The position numbers were made by a program, and so were the translations under genes. The notes under the pieces were generated by a model, which had not been told where the DNA came from, made no database searches, and was given only the letters and a program-made list of their open reading frames with translations. This document shows, one piece after another, positions 51,336-61,860 of a DNA stretch of 64,000 nt (the stretch's first letter is position 1; each line of letters begins with the position of its first letter). The DNA is from Nitrospirota bacterium (lineage in GTDB: Bacteria; Nitrospirota; UBA9217), in assembly GCA_035516155.1 (NCBI GenBank), contig DATJAP010000016.1, positions 72,426 through 136,425 on the forward strand, in the 5' to 3' direction.

Positions 51336-51830
51336 CTTTCCCTTCCCGCTTCTGCTTCCGCTCTGATTACGACGAATGATCCTTCGCCATGTCCCTCGCG
51401 CACCGGCTCGATAGTGTTGATGCCGGGAAGAAGAGGGCGGTGTTCTTCCCTGAAAGCCGGGTCGATCTCGTTCAGGAAGCAGATCGTGGTTTACTATGAG
51501 GACAATGCCGAATTCAACTTTAAAGGGAGGGCTTCAGCAACGCCCTGTGTTGTATGGATGCCCACGCCAATCTCGAGGGCCTTGCCGCGACGGGGCAAAA
51601 GAGTTTTTTGTGGCGAGAGGTTCAGATTGGGACCCAAGGCTGTTTTTCTTAAAGCTCGCTTCGTATTGGTCTGGCTGATAATCAAAGGTAGTCACGCCCG
51701 GCATGGCGCATCAGTCTGCAGCCGACGACGCTCAAAAAAATCACGCGAGGGATTACTTATCTTGCACTCAATCTTGGGAGCCTCTCGAGGATCGGGGCGA
51801 AAAGCTGCAAGGGGTCTGGAGAGAACTCTT

Positions 51831-53939
51831 TTAAACGCCGATATTTTCCGTGATATTAAACTCGCTGTTCAAGAACAGATCGACAACTTTCGGATCGAAC
51901 TGTGAGCCGGCGAGGGAACGAATGTATTCCTTGATGCGGTCTTCAGGCCAGGCAGCATGATATCGCCGCTCCGAATTCAATGCGTCCCAGATATCGACGA
52001 GCGAAAAGATCCGTGCCGCGAGCGGGATTTGCTCTTCTTTCAGACCGCGCGGGTAACCGGTGCCGTCCCAGCGCTCATGGTGGCAATAGGGAATGTCGAG
52101 CGCGGGCCGCAGATAGGTGATTGGCGAAAGGAGCTCAAAGGCATACCGAGGATGGCGGCGCATAACTTGCCATTCCTCCTCGCTCAGCGGGCCGGTCTTG
52201 AGCAGAATGCTATCGGGAATGCTCATTTTACCGATATCGTGAAGCAGCGCTCCCCGGCGTACATGCACCAGCTCCGCCTCGCTGATACCCATGGCACGGG
52301 CAAGGCGTATCGTCATCTCGGTGGTTCGCTTGGTATGGCCCTCGGTCTCCTGGTCGCGGAGTTCGAGCGCCCGGGCCCAGCCTTCTATCGTTGTGTCGTA
52401 CGCAAGGATGAGCTCCGTATTCGACCGTTGCAGCTCCTTGAACAGCGTGGCATTATCGATTGCGATGGCGGCCTGCGCCGCGAGTGCCTCAAGGAAGCCT
52501 CTCCACTCTTCGTCGACGGACAGCGGCGAACGCTGAAGAATATCGAGCACGCCCTGCACCCGCCCCTTGGCAACGAGCGGTACGGCATAATAGCCGACAA
52601 AACCCTCTCCCGCGAGGAGCGGCGTACGGAGGAAACCGGCGTCGTTATCGAGAAGATTTGTGACCCCGATGCTTCGGTGCTCGAGAGCGGCGCGGCCCGC
52701 AATGCCCTCCCCGAGCCTGATCCGCGAGTGGCGGATGCCCGTGTCGCGAAAGCCCTGCATGGCGGCGTATTCGAGCTGCTGGGTATGGGGGTTCAGGAGA
52801 AGTATGGATGCGGCGTCTACGTGAAGCTGGGATATGACGAGATCGAGGATCTCCTGCAGCGTCACCCGGAGATCGAGGCTTGAACTGATTATCATATCAA
52901 TTGCGTGCAGCGTCGTAAGGTGTTCGAGGCGGTATCGCGCCTGTTCTTCAGCGCGTTTACGGGCGGTGATGTCCTCACCGGAGCTTAGCGATGAGATGAC
53001 CTGACCGGTTGCGTCCCTGATGAGAAGCATGCTCCAGGAGATCAGGCGCTCTGAACCGTCCCGGGAAATTACGGGGTTTTCAAAATGTTCCTCCCTATCC
53101 TGGTTTCTCTCGACAAGTTTGGAGTAGAAAGCCCGGGCATTCATCTGGGCCCGTGACGGGATGAAATGATCGAACCAGTTTTTTCCAACAATTTCCTCCT
53201 CGGGGAAACCGAGAATTTCGCCGCCTTTTCTGTTGATGAGGCTGACGGTCCCCTGGGGATCAAGGACGACGATGATGACGCCGGCTATGTCAAGATACTG
53301 CACAGCCCGTTCCTTTTCCTTCTGATGCGCCTCCTCGGCCATCAGGCGCCGCGAGATATCACGGAAGATGCCCTGGATGATTTTTTTACTGCCCATCGTG
53401 ACGATGCTTGTGCTGACCTCTACGGGAATGGTGCGGCCGTCGCGGTGTAGTATGCAGAGATCGCCGCTGAGCGCCTGTCCGTTGATGAGGGCATCGTCGA
53501 GTAGTTTCCGGCACCGGCCGGAATCGTTTTCAGGATGAAGCAGGGAGAGGTTCTGTCCGATGAGCTGGTCCGCGGAACGGCCGGTGAATTCCTCGATTTT
53601 CCGGTTCACCTCGAGCATGGCACCCGTCTCGATATCGGCAATGACGATGCCGTCGTTGGCGTGCTGCATAAGTAAGCGGTATTTTCCCTCGGAGTCTCGC
53701 AAAGCTGTTTCAGTTCTTTCGCGGAGCTGCAATTCATGCCGTACGACGAGGTACAGAAAAATGACGCTGATGACGACGAAAAAACCGCCCTTATAGGTCT
53801 GCAGTATTGTTAGTTCGTGGACATCGGTGACCATCATCTCCAAGACCCGATCCGACACAGCGATCCACAGGCCTCCGAAGATAAGATAAAAAAGCGATAT
53901 CCGAAACACAGAATTCGAGGTAAACCGTTTCATTATCAT
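51831..53939 (-). CDS. membrane-anchored PAS-PAS-GAF-HD-GYP c-di-GMP phosphodiesterase-type sensor
   Basis: 702 aa. Two N-terminal TM segments, PAS-like repeats, a GAF-like region, and an HD-GYP signature (HDIGK ... HHERWDGTGYP). Confidence 0.85.
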   Translation of the reverse strand: MIMKRFTSNSVFRISLFYLIFGGLWIAVSDRVLEMMVTDVHELTILQTYKGGFFVVISVIFLYLVVRHELQLRERTETALRDSEGKYRLLMQHANDGIVIADIETGAMLEVNRKIEEFTGRSADQLIGQNLSLLHPENDSGRCRKLLDDALINGQALSGDLCILHRDGRTIPVEVSTSIVTMGSKKIIQGIFRDISRRLMAEEAHQKEKERAVQYLDIAGVIIVVLDPQGTVSLINRKGGEILGFPEEEIVGKNWFDHFIPSRAQMNARAFYSKLVERNQDREEHFENPVISRDGSERLISWSMLLIRDATGQVISSLSSGEDITARKRAEEQARYRLEHLTTLHAIDMIISSSLDLRVTLQEILDLVISQLHVDAASILLLNPHTQQLEYAAMQGFRDTGIRHSRIRLGEGIAGRAALEHRSIGVTNLLDNDAGFLRTPLLAGEGFVGYYAVPLVAKGRVQGVLDILQRSPLSVDEEWRGFLEALAAQAAIAIDNATLFKELQRSNTELILAYDTTIEGWARALELRDQETEGHTKRTTEMTIRLARAMGISEAELVHVRRGALLHDIGKMSIPDSILLKTGPLSEEEWQVMRRHPRYAFELLSPITYLRPALDIPYCHHERWDGTGYPRGLKEEQIPLAARIFSLVDIWDALNSERRYHAAWPEDRIKEYIRSLAGSQFDPKVVDLFLNSEFNITENIGV

Positions 53940-54015
53940 ACCCAGATAATATCCTGATGGAGTTGATAAGTATTATCCTGGCTCTTTATATATATTATCT
54001 TAGCACCATAATCAA

Positions 54016-54048
54016 CGAAAAAGAACCTCTCCCGGTGAGGAGAGGTTC
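54016..54048 (-). terminator. rho-independent terminator after the FKBP gene
   Basis: 10-bp stem GAACCTCTCC / GGAGAGGTTC (54023-54032 / 54039-54048). A T-run follows on the minus strand. Confidence 0.8.
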
Positions 54049-54121
54049 AGGAGCCATCCGCTGAACAATAGTCCTTTGTGCTTACTGTAAGGAAACAGGC
54101 GTGCGGAAAAAAAATGGCGTT

Positions 54122-54550
54122 TCAGACGATACCGATCAGTTCGATATGGAAGGTAAGATCTTTTCCGGCAAGCGGATGATTCGCATCGAGCGTCAAGGTT
54201 GTGTCGGATACAGCTGTAACCGTAACCAGGACCGTCTTGTTGTCCATTTGGGTGAGTTCAAGTCGCTGACCTACGTTGGGGTTCAGGCCCGGCGGCAGCT
54301 GGCCGCGTTCCATGGTGATGATCATATCCGGCCGCCGCGGACCGTACGCCTGGTCCACGGGGATTATCGCGGTTTTTGATTCGCCGGAATTCATCCCCAC
54401 CACGGCCTGTTCAAATCCGGCAATGACCTGTCCTTTGCCGAGGGTGAATTGCAGCGGATGACGGCTCCGGGACGTGTCGAAAACAGTGCCGTTTTCGAGT
54501 TGACCGGTGTAGTGTACCTGTACTGTATCGCCCTGTTTGGCTTGTGCCAT
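54122..54550 (-). CDS. FKBP-type peptidyl-prolyl isomerase (SlyD-like, with insert-in-flap domain)
   Basis: 142 aa. ...GDTVQVHYTGQLENGTVFDTS...QFTLGKGQVIAGFEQAVVGM...LDANHPLAGKDLTFHIELI. Confidence 0.85.
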   Translation of the reverse strand: MAQAKQGDTVQVHYTGQLENGTVFDTSRSRHPLQFTLGKGQVIAGFEQAVVGMNSGESKTAIIPVDQAYGPRRPDMIITMERGQLPPGLNPNVGQRLELTQMDNKTVLVTVTAVSDTTLTLDANHPLAGKDLTFHIELIGIV

Positions 54551-54787
54551 AAATTCTCCTTTACTTGCTTTTTGAAAATGCGCTCAAAAAACATCACGAA
54601 TGAAACTTATTTTTATGAATTTGTTAGGCGGTTGAGTGTTTACTTTACTTCTTCTTCATGATTCCTGCAACTGTAAAATGGGACTCATCTGTTTACGATT
54701 ATAAAAGTGTGCAGACCGCACTCTTGACGTCATGGTATCGTCTGAGAAGGTAATCGTTTCCGTGATAACTCGCAACTCCTCGTATCG

Positions 54788-55093
54788 TCATCCGGCCTTA
54801 TAATCAATGACAGCCCTGTTCTCCCGCAGTTTGGCGATGTTCGAGGCGACTTTAACATGCTCGGGATGGTTCTGATAAAGATCGAGGTCCCTTTCGCTTT
54901 CAAACGCGGAATAGAGAGAGATATCGAAGGCGGCGTCAGAAGGGATGATATTGATTCCCACCTCGAGTTCTTTGATCTGGGGGATCTTGTTTTTCAGCGA
55001 TTCGAGTTCTGCCTTCATGATTTGCGCATTCCGGGTTTTGTCCGAGCCTTCGGCAAAGTCTTTTAGTTTCCAGAGTACGATATGCTTGATCAC
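54788..55093 (-). CDS. Dabb (stress-responsive alpha/beta barrel) domain protein
   Basis: ORF 54788..55108. GTG 55093 lies 6 nt after GAGGAGG. VIKHIVLWKLKD...LYSAFESERDLDLYQNHPEH. Confidence 0.7.
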   Translation of the reverse strand: MIKHIVLWKLKDFAEGSDKTRNAQIMKAELESLKNKIPQIKELEVGINIIPSDAAFDISLYSAFESERDLDLYQNHPEHVKVASNIAKLRENRAVIDYKAG

Positions 55094-55274
55094 CTGATGC
55101 CTCCTCACGGCAGCGCTAGGATTTGTAAAACAACGGGAGCTGTTTTTTTATTGCTCTCTCGATTAATACTTTGTATTATAGCATCGCGTTTAAGTGCGGA
55201 GCTTAAAGGCACTTGAAGGCGGCTCTTCGCACTGGGATTGATAATACACGGTGGTTTTTAAAAGAGCAAGAACT

Positions 55275-56030
55275 ATGGCTACGATGGTAAGACGCCTTCT
55301 CCCGCTATTCTGTTGTTTACTCCTTCTGCCCGCCTGCGCTCCAAAAAAGACGAGTGTAACTCGATATCCTGAAGCTTCAAAGCCCGGCATCCGGCCATGG
55401 CAGAAACCCTATACGGTGAACGGTCAGCGCTATGAGCCGCTTGACAGTCATACCGGCTTCGTCCAGACCGGCGTTGCCAGCTGGTATGGCAGTGATTTTC
55501 ACGGCAAAAATACCAGCAACGGCGAAAAGTACGATATGAATGCCATGACGGCGGCCCACAAAACACTGCCACTCGGCGTCTATGTGAAAGTAAAGAATTT
55601 GGACAACGGACGGGAAGCTATCGTGCGGGTGAATGACCGAGGTCCGTTCGTGAAAGGACGGGTCATCGATCTTTCCTATGCTGCTGCGAAGAAGCTCGGC
55701 CTGGACGCCATCGGAACTGCACCGGTGCGGATCGAGGCTCTCGGGTATCGCGGGAGCGGCGCGGAACAGTATACGGCAGTGGCTAACTATGATGAAGGCA
55801 ACTACACCATTCAGGTTGGATCATTCAAGGAGTATGGCAACGCGCAAAGATTGTCCGAAAACATGAAGAAACAATTCGGATTTTCGGAGATTCACATGAC
55901 CGATGTCGATGGTGCCACGTTCTATCGTGTGTATGCGGGGAAATACACGTCTTTGCAGTCTGCTGAAGAAGCGGAAAAAACGTTTTCTGAGAGTGGCTAT
56001 CCCGGCAGTTTTGTGGTGGCGCTGGAATAG
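55275..56030 (+). CDS. rlpA: septal ring lytic transglycosylase RlpA-family lipoprotein with SPOR domain
   Basis: ORF 55251..56030, ATG 55275. Lipobox LLLLPAC, a DPBB domain (GVASWYGSDFHGKNTSNGEKYD...RVNDRGPF), and a C-terminal SPOR domain (YTIQVGSF...FYRVYAG). Confidence 0.85.
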   Translation: MATMVRRLLPLFCCLLLLPACAPKKTSVTRYPEASKPGIRPWQKPYTVNGQRYEPLDSHTGFVQTGVASWYGSDFHGKNTSNGEKYDMNAMTAAHKTLPLGVYVKVKNLDNGREAIVRVNDRGPFVKGRVIDLSYAAAKKLGLDAIGTAPVRIEALGYRGSGAEQYTAVANYDEGNYTIQVGSFKEYGNAQRLSENMKKQFGFSEIHMTDVDGATFYRVYAGKYTSLQSAEEAEKTFSESGYPGSFVVALE

Positions 56031-56316
56031 GGTGTCTCCGGGCAAGGCAATCCAGATTTACCCGTGTGCACTGCGCACGGGGCTTGTGTGTACGGTACCG
56101 GATCGAACCGCAGCATCGTGCTTGTGGAGTTCTTGAACAAGTCCCTCCAGCTCCACACGACCCAGAATGTTCTTCTGCATGAAGTACCTGTCTATTTGCT
56201 GTGTATGCTGATAATAAATCCGGGGAGGACGGCTAGCGTATGTTCGTGCAAGCCGACGCCAAGAACATATTCGAGACATCAAAAACGTGTCATCGATATC
56301 TCCCAAAAGCACATTG

Positions 56317-59300
56317 TCAAGTAATTTTCTCGCACCACTCCCGTGCGTTCTGAAACATCCTAAGCCAGGGTGAAGCTTCCAGCGATTTCTTAAGATCTTC
56401 GGGCAGCCAGCCCCACTGCCAGGTGAGCACGCCGCGCTCGGGGTGCGGCATCATGGCGAGATGGCGGCCGTCGGGGGTGCAGAGGCCGGCAATTCCTGCA
56501 GGCGAGCCATTGGGATTAAAGGGATAGGCTTCGGTGATCCCTGCTTCATCATCGACGTAGCGAACCGGAGCGAGTCCGTGTTCGCATTCATTGTACATGT
56601 GTGTATCAGGGAAGTACATGAGACCTTCTCCATGAGCTACCCATATGCCCAGAACGGAATTCTCCATGCCTTTGAGCATGAGGGCAGGACTCTTCAATAT
56701 TTTCACTGTCGAGAAGCGCGATTCGAACCTGCCGGACTTGTTGTGGATGAAACGCGGCTGAAGCTCGTCGGCAATACCGCGCCAGGGCACCCAGCCGAGG
56801 AGCGCCATGAGCTGACAGCCGTTGCATACACCGAGGCTGAAGGTATCGGGACGGTGATAGAACGATTCAAACTGGTCCCAGACTTTTTTATTGAAGCGGA
56901 TGGATGCGGCCCAGCCTTTTGCAGAATCAAGAACATCGGCGTAACTGAAACCGCCGACAAAGACAACGCCACGGAATGTATCGAGCGTAATGCGGCTTTT
57001 GAGAAGATCGGTTACGGTCACGTCCCAGGGCTCGAATCCTGCGAGATAGAAGGCCGAGGTCATCTCCCGGTCACCGTTGCTTCCCTCTTCCCGGATGACT
57101 GCAACCTTCGGCTTGGATGTGCTGCAAAGGCGGCCATCGACTGTCTGAGACGGTGTAAAGGGTATGACAAAAGACGGGCCTTTCCTGTCATAGATATTTT
57201 TCCGCTCTTCGCGTATGTTCGCCGGACTGCGCTGCAGGAGATCAAGTTGGTGGCTGGTCTCTTCCCATATATCCCGGAGCACGCGCATGTCTTCGTCTAA
57301 GACCGTTCGGCGTGCAGAGTCCGGATCTTCGTGCGAAAGGACGATTCGTTTTTCCGTCGTGGTTTTGCCTATTACCTGATAAGGTACTGCGGCTTTGTCG
57401 AGAAGAGAGAAGATGGTATTCTCATCCTTCGGGAGATATTCGATCGCGAGGCCGAGCTCTTCTGAGAAAAGGGCCGCCAAGATGTCGCTTTGCCTGCCAA
57501 GATCGATTTCGATACCGCAATTTCCCGAAAAGGCCATTTCAAGCAGTGTAGTCACCAGGCCGCCGTCGGAGCGGTCGTGGCCGGCGAGAATAACCTCATC
57601 CCGGACTAGTTGCTGAACGGCATTGAATGTCCGCGTCAGCAGCTGGGGATCATCGAGGTCCGGGGATTTGTCACCGATCTGGCCGAAGACATGGGCCAGA
57701 GAGGATCCGCCGAGACGGTTTTGGCTGTTGCCGAGATCGATAAACAGAATCTTGCTTGTCCCCGGCGCTTTGAGGTCAGGGGTGACGGTCTTGGTGATGT
57801 CTGGGCACGTAACATAAGCCGAGATAACGAGTGTGCCGGGCGACTTTACGGTTTCGCTTGTATTGTCCGGGTTCATGACCCGTGCCGCCATGGAAAGGCT
57901 GTCCTTGCCCCCGTCAACCGCCATGCCGAACTCGATCATCACGTCCCGCATGGCGACGGCGGCATCGTAAAGCCGCGAACCCTCGCCCGGAAGCTTGGGG
58001 GCCCACATCCAGTTGGCGGAACAGCGGATGTCGCCGAGACCGCTCACCCGGGCCCAGACGATATTCGTGAGCGCTTCGCCGACGCTCATCCTGGCCATGG
58101 CCGCCGGGTCGATCAGTTCCTTGATCGGCTGCTCACCGATCGAGATCGCGGCGCCGGTCAGGCCAAAGTGGGATTGTGCGATAACGGCGACGTCTGACAC
58201 AGTCAGCTGGAGCGGGCCGGCGCACTGCTGGCGCGCGATAAGACCGGTGACTGAGCGGTCGACCTTGTTCGTGAGGAAGCGCTTGGAGCCAACGGAGACG
58301 AGCCGGAGCACGCGGTCAAGGGCTTGGGGGATGGTCAGTTCTTTCGGCAGCTCGAGCGGCTTGAGCAATGTTTTTTTCCTGTCGAGCCTGAATACTTTCT
58401 GCGGCATGTCGCCGAGCACTTTGGCAAGCTCGAGGTTTTCCGGAAATGAGTTGTCAAATTCGTCATAGAGCACGATGAAGCCGTCACCGGTGACAATCCC
58501 GATGACCGCCATGGGTACTTTCTCCCGTTCGCAGAGCGATTTGAACAAGGCCTCATGCTCGGATTTTAAGAGGAGCGCGTTCTGCTCCTGGTACTCTGCC
58601 CCCCAGATTTCGAGGACCGACAGGGTATTGTCGTTGACCTGAATTTTCCTGATGTCGATCTTCGCGCCCGCGGGATAGACGATTTCCTTGACTACATTGC
58701 AATTGCCGCCCGCCCCCTGGTCGTGGATACTCTGAATAGGATTTTTTTCGCCCAGCTCGACGCAGGCACGGATCACACGGTTCAGCTTCTGCTCCATCTC
58801 CGCGTCTCCGCGCTGCACAGCGTTGAAGTCCAGCTCGGCAATGTTCTCGCCCTGGATCATGGACGACGCCGCACCGCCACCCATGCCGATGCGATAGGCC
58901 GGACCGCCGATTTTGACCACGAGCATCCCTTTGGCTGCTTCCGTCTTCTTCGTATGGCCTGAATCCATCTGGCCGACGCCGCCGCTGAACATGATGGGCT
59001 TGAGCCATTCGCGGCGCTCTCCATCGGGAAGCCTGAGACCGAAGGAGCGCGTAAATCCCTGAATGACCGGCTCACCGAACTTGTTGCCGTAATCGGAGGC
59101 CCCGTTGCTTGCTTCGACTTCGACCCGAAGGGGCAAAGCGAGGTTATTCGGATATGAATATGATGCGTCTTCCCAGGGAAGGTTGTAGCCGGGGATTCGC
59201 AGATTGCCGACACAGTACGCTGCGGTGCCCGCAACAACAAGGCCGCCGATACCGGTGGCCTGCACGTCGCGGATACGTCCGCCGGTGCCGGTTTCGGCAC

Positions 59301-60273
59301 CCGGGAACGGGGCGACGCCGGAGGGGAAATTATGCGTTTCAGCGGTGAAGATAATATGATATTTCCTTTTTGCCTCGCGGAATGCCGACGGCTTGCCGAT
59401 GGCGTCGGGAACGATCGTCCTGATAGCATATCCGCTTATTGCGCTTGAATTGTCGCTGAAGGCAATAATGCTGTTGTTCCTGTTCGCTTCGTAGGTGGCC
59501 TTCACGATCTTCATGAGCGTCTCGGGTGCATCACGGCCATCGACGATGAGTTTGCCGCGGAAGAACCAGTGCCGCGAATGTTCACTGTTCGATTGCGAAA
59601 GGTCAAAGCATTCCACGTTTGTGGGATTGCGCCTGATGTCCTTTACGAAGAGGTTCGTGTAATAGTCGAGGTCCCAGTCATCGAGGCCGAGTCCCATCTC
59701 GCGATTGATTTTTTCGAGCGCCGGCCTCCCCTCTTCGAGGAGCGGGACAATGCGCACGGGTTCGGGTTTGATGCCCGTTTCGAAGGTTTTAAGCGGCTCG
59801 GGATAAGGGCACTCGGTCATGCGGTCGTGCACCAGCGCAAGAAATTCTCGTTCCTGGTCCTTGGTGAGCGCTTTCTTCCTCGATAGGTTTAGTCGGTAGC
59901 GGCGGGAGCGTTCAATCCTCGTTATGTTCATGAGGCCGCAGGCATGGCACACGGAAACGGCGTTCGTTGACCAGGCCGTGGTGAAGTTCATGCGCGGGCC
60001 AACTTCTAAAAGGCAGTTTAATGTTTGGCGTTCGAGGTTTGAAGACAAGAAACTGCTGCCGGAAAATTTTTCGGGCTCAAACGTTTCGGCAAGGAGCCAG
60101 CGGAGCAGGCGCAGCTCCTCGGGAGAAAGAGCACGCCCTGCCGCAATGTTGAAACAAAACTCGGAATCAATGCCGCTAATGGACGGGGAAACCTTCTGTT
60201 GTGCGGAGGCGAGAAGGTCTGCCGTCTGGTATGGCGAAAGGGCCGGGGTCCGGTAAAGACGTAAATTGGTCAT
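56317..60273 (-). CDS. purL: phosphoribosylformylglycinamidine synthase (single-chain large type)
   Basis: 1318 aa. N-terminal linker domains, the FGAM synthetase core, and a C-terminal glutaminase domain with GVCNGCQ. Confidence 0.95.
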   Translation of the reverse strand: MTNLRLYRTPALSPYQTADLLASAQQKVSPSISGIDSEFCFNIAAGRALSPEELRLLRWLLAETFEPEKFSGSSFLSSNLERQTLNCLLEVGPRMNFTTAWSTNAVSVCHACGLMNITRIERSRRYRLNLSRKKALTKDQEREFLALVHDRMTECPYPEPLKTFETGIKPEPVRIVPLLEEGRPALEKINREMGLGLDDWDLDYYTNLFVKDIRRNPTNVECFDLSQSNSEHSRHWFFRGKLIVDGRDAPETLMKIVKATYEANRNNSIIAFSDNSSAISGYAIRTIVPDAIGKPSAFREAKRKYHIIFTAETHNFPSGVAPFPGAETGTGGRIRDVQATGIGGLVVAGTAAYCVGNLRIPGYNLPWEDASYSYPNNLALPLRVEVEASNGASDYGNKFGEPVIQGFTRSFGLRLPDGERREWLKPIMFSGGVGQMDSGHTKKTEAAKGMLVVKIGGPAYRIGMGGGAASSMIQGENIAELDFNAVQRGDAEMEQKLNRVIRACVELGEKNPIQSIHDQGAGGNCNVVKEIVYPAGAKIDIRKIQVNDNTLSVLEIWGAEYQEQNALLLKSEHEALFKSLCEREKVPMAVIGIVTGDGFIVLYDEFDNSFPENLELAKVLGDMPQKVFRLDRKKTLLKPLELPKELTIPQALDRVLRLVSVGSKRFLTNKVDRSVTGLIARQQCAGPLQLTVSDVAVIAQSHFGLTGAAISIGEQPIKELIDPAAMARMSVGEALTNIVWARVSGLGDIRCSANWMWAPKLPGEGSRLYDAAVAMRDVMIEFGMAVDGGKDSLSMAARVMNPDNTSETVKSPGTLVISAYVTCPDITKTVTPDLKAPGTSKILFIDLGNSQNRLGGSSLAHVFGQIGDKSPDLDDPQLLTRTFNAVQQLVRDEVILAGHDRSDGGLVTTLLEMAFSGNCGIEIDLGRQSDILAALFSEELGLAIEYLPKDENTIFSLLDKAAVPYQVIGKTTTEKRIVLSHEDPDSARRTVLDEDMRVLRDIWEETSHQLDLLQRSPANIREERKNIYDRKGPSFVIPFTPSQTVDGRLCSTSKPKVAVIREEGSNGDREMTSAFYLAGFEPWDVTVTDLLKSRITLDTFRGVVFVGGFSYADVLDSAKGWAASIRFNKKVWDQFESFYHRPDTFSLGVCNGCQLMALLGWVPWRGIADELQPRFIHNKSGRFESRFSTVKILKSPALMLKGMENSVLGIWVAHGEGLMYFPDTHMYNECEHGLAPVRYVDDEAGITEAYPFNPNGSPAGIAGLCTPDGRHLAMMPHPERGVLTWQWGWLPEDLKKSLEASPWLRMFQNAREWCEKIT

Positions 60274-60467
60274 TTTGTTTTTTCGTGCGGCAGAGTTTTC
60301 AGGACAACTCTGTCCGACGGGGCTTTCAATTCAGGATCGTTATCCCCTACACCATAAGACTCCGTCTTTTCGGGGATGGGATATGAGGCGCTGGTTGTGA
60401 ATCCACCAGACAAGTATTGTTTCAGTGATCGAGCGGTTGTCTACGGAAATGAGGCTTATTCAGAGCG

Positions 60468-60863
60468 TTATCGGTCGGCAAACGATACGACCTTTTGTTC
60501 AACAGCTTTCTGCTCGCCGGCCATTTCGCATTTTCCGTCGAAAACCACACCTTCCTCAATGATGAGTTTGGGCGTCTTGATATTCCCCTGGATTTTTGCC
60601 GGAGGCAGGAGATGCACTTTCTGGATTGCATGGACGTTGCCCACGATCTTGCCGCTGCAGATGAGCGTACCGAGGGAAATCTCACCCTGGAGGAGCGATT
60701 CGTCGCCGCCGATGAGGGTGTCTTTAGAAACGATTTCCCCATCCACTTTGCCGTCTACACGAATCGTGCCTTCAAAACTAAGCACTCCCTTGAATTCAGT
60801 GCCCTTGCCCAAAAATGCTGTGATCTCGGACTGTTCTGGTGTGCCCGAACCTTTCTTTAACAT
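60468..60863 (-). CDS. bactofilin
   Basis: 131 aa. A beta-helical repeat pattern (F.G.L.F.G.IRVDGKVDGEI...G.I.GN...) typical of the DUF583/bactofilin core. Directly downstream of parB. Confidence 0.8.
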   Translation of the reverse strand: MLKKGSGTPEQSEITAFLGKGTEFKGVLSFEGTIRVDGKVDGEIVSKDTLIGGDESLLQGEISLGTLICSGKIVGNVHAIQKVHLLPPAKIQGNIKTPKLIIEEGVVFDGKCEMAGEQKAVEQKVVSFADR

Positions 60864-61014
60864 GAGAGGATCCTCCTCGATATGAGATTAAGAAAATGGA
60901 AGCTTGAGGACGTAGATCAACGCAGAGAAGCAAAAATGAGAGCATGAATACGCCACGAGAGCATTTCATAATCCCCGTTTTTCCACTGTCCTTTTTAAAA
61001 AGTATTTGATTGTT

Positions 61015-61860
61015 TTATCCGATTTTTTCCAATATTCTGTCCAGCTCCTCCAGCGTGTAGTATTCAATCACGATCCGTCCACCCTTGGCTTTTGCTCTGA
61101 TGCTCACCTTGGTTCCCAGGGATTTCTTGAGTTTTTCCTCTACGGCATGAAGTTCCTGACTCTGGGTCACTTTTTTCTGTTTCGGTGGATTTTTGAGCCT
61201 GGAAGCCAGCGCCTCGGCCTCACGGACCGACAGACCCTTTTTCACGATCGATGCGGAAACCAGAATCTGGTCGCGGCCGCGCTCGATCGACAGGAGCGCC
61301 TTTGCATGGCCCATGCTGAGCGCACCCGATGCAAGCTCTTGCTTCACCTCTTTCGGGAGATGGAGAATACGAAGGAAGTTCGTGACCGTTGAACGCTCCT
61401 TGCCGACCCGTTTGGCGAGATCCTCCTGCGTGAGTTTGAACTCGTCCTGGAGCCGCTTATACGCTTCGGCAGCCTCGAGAGGATTCAGGTCCTCGCGCTG
61501 GATGTTCTCGATCAGCGCCATCTCGAGGAGCTCGCGCTTGGTCGCCTCCTTGACAAGCGCCGGTATGGTCTTGAGTCCTGCGAGGCGCGACGCGCGCCAT
61601 CTGCGTTCGCCGGCGATGAGCTGATAGCCCGTGCCGGCTTTGTGCACAATGACCGGCTGGATCACACCCTGTTCCTTGATCGATGCTGCGAGCTCGTTTA
61701 GTTTGTCGTCATTAAAAACTTTGCGCGGCTGGTATTCGTTCGGGATGATCTTGTCGAGCTCGATTTCCGTGATGCCGAGCGCCTTCTTGCCTCTGTCGTC
61801 GAGCGTGGAGAGGTCCGGAATGAGTGCGCCAAGACCCTTACCGAGCGCCTGCTTTTGCAT
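61015..61860 (-). CDS. parB: chromosome partitioning protein ParB
   Basis: ORF 61015..62040, ATG 61860. MQKQALGKGLGALIP...QPRKVF...VIQPVIV...GERRWRASRLAG. Confidence 0.92.
   Translation of the reverse strand: MQKQALGKGLGALIPDLSTLDDRGKKALGITEIELDKIIPNEYQPRKVFNDDKLNELAASIKEQGVIQPVIVHKAGTGYQLIAGERRWRASRLAGLKTIPALVKEATKRELLEMALIENIQREDLNPLEAAEAYKRLQDEFKLTQEDLAKRVGKERSTVTNFLRILHLPKEVKQELASGALSMGHAKALLSIERGRDQILVSASIVKKGLSVREAEALASRLKNPPKQKKVTQSQELHAVEEKLKKSLGTKVSIRAKAKGGRIVIEYYTLEELDRILEKIG

Noticed and set aside
56058-56324. Two mutually antisense ORFs of about 85 aa between rlpA and purL (the minus-strand one starts with GTG 4 nt after the purL stop)
   Set aside because: I cannot decide between the strands. 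Neither has a recognisable family or a convincing SD, so it is left unannotated pending comparative evidence.
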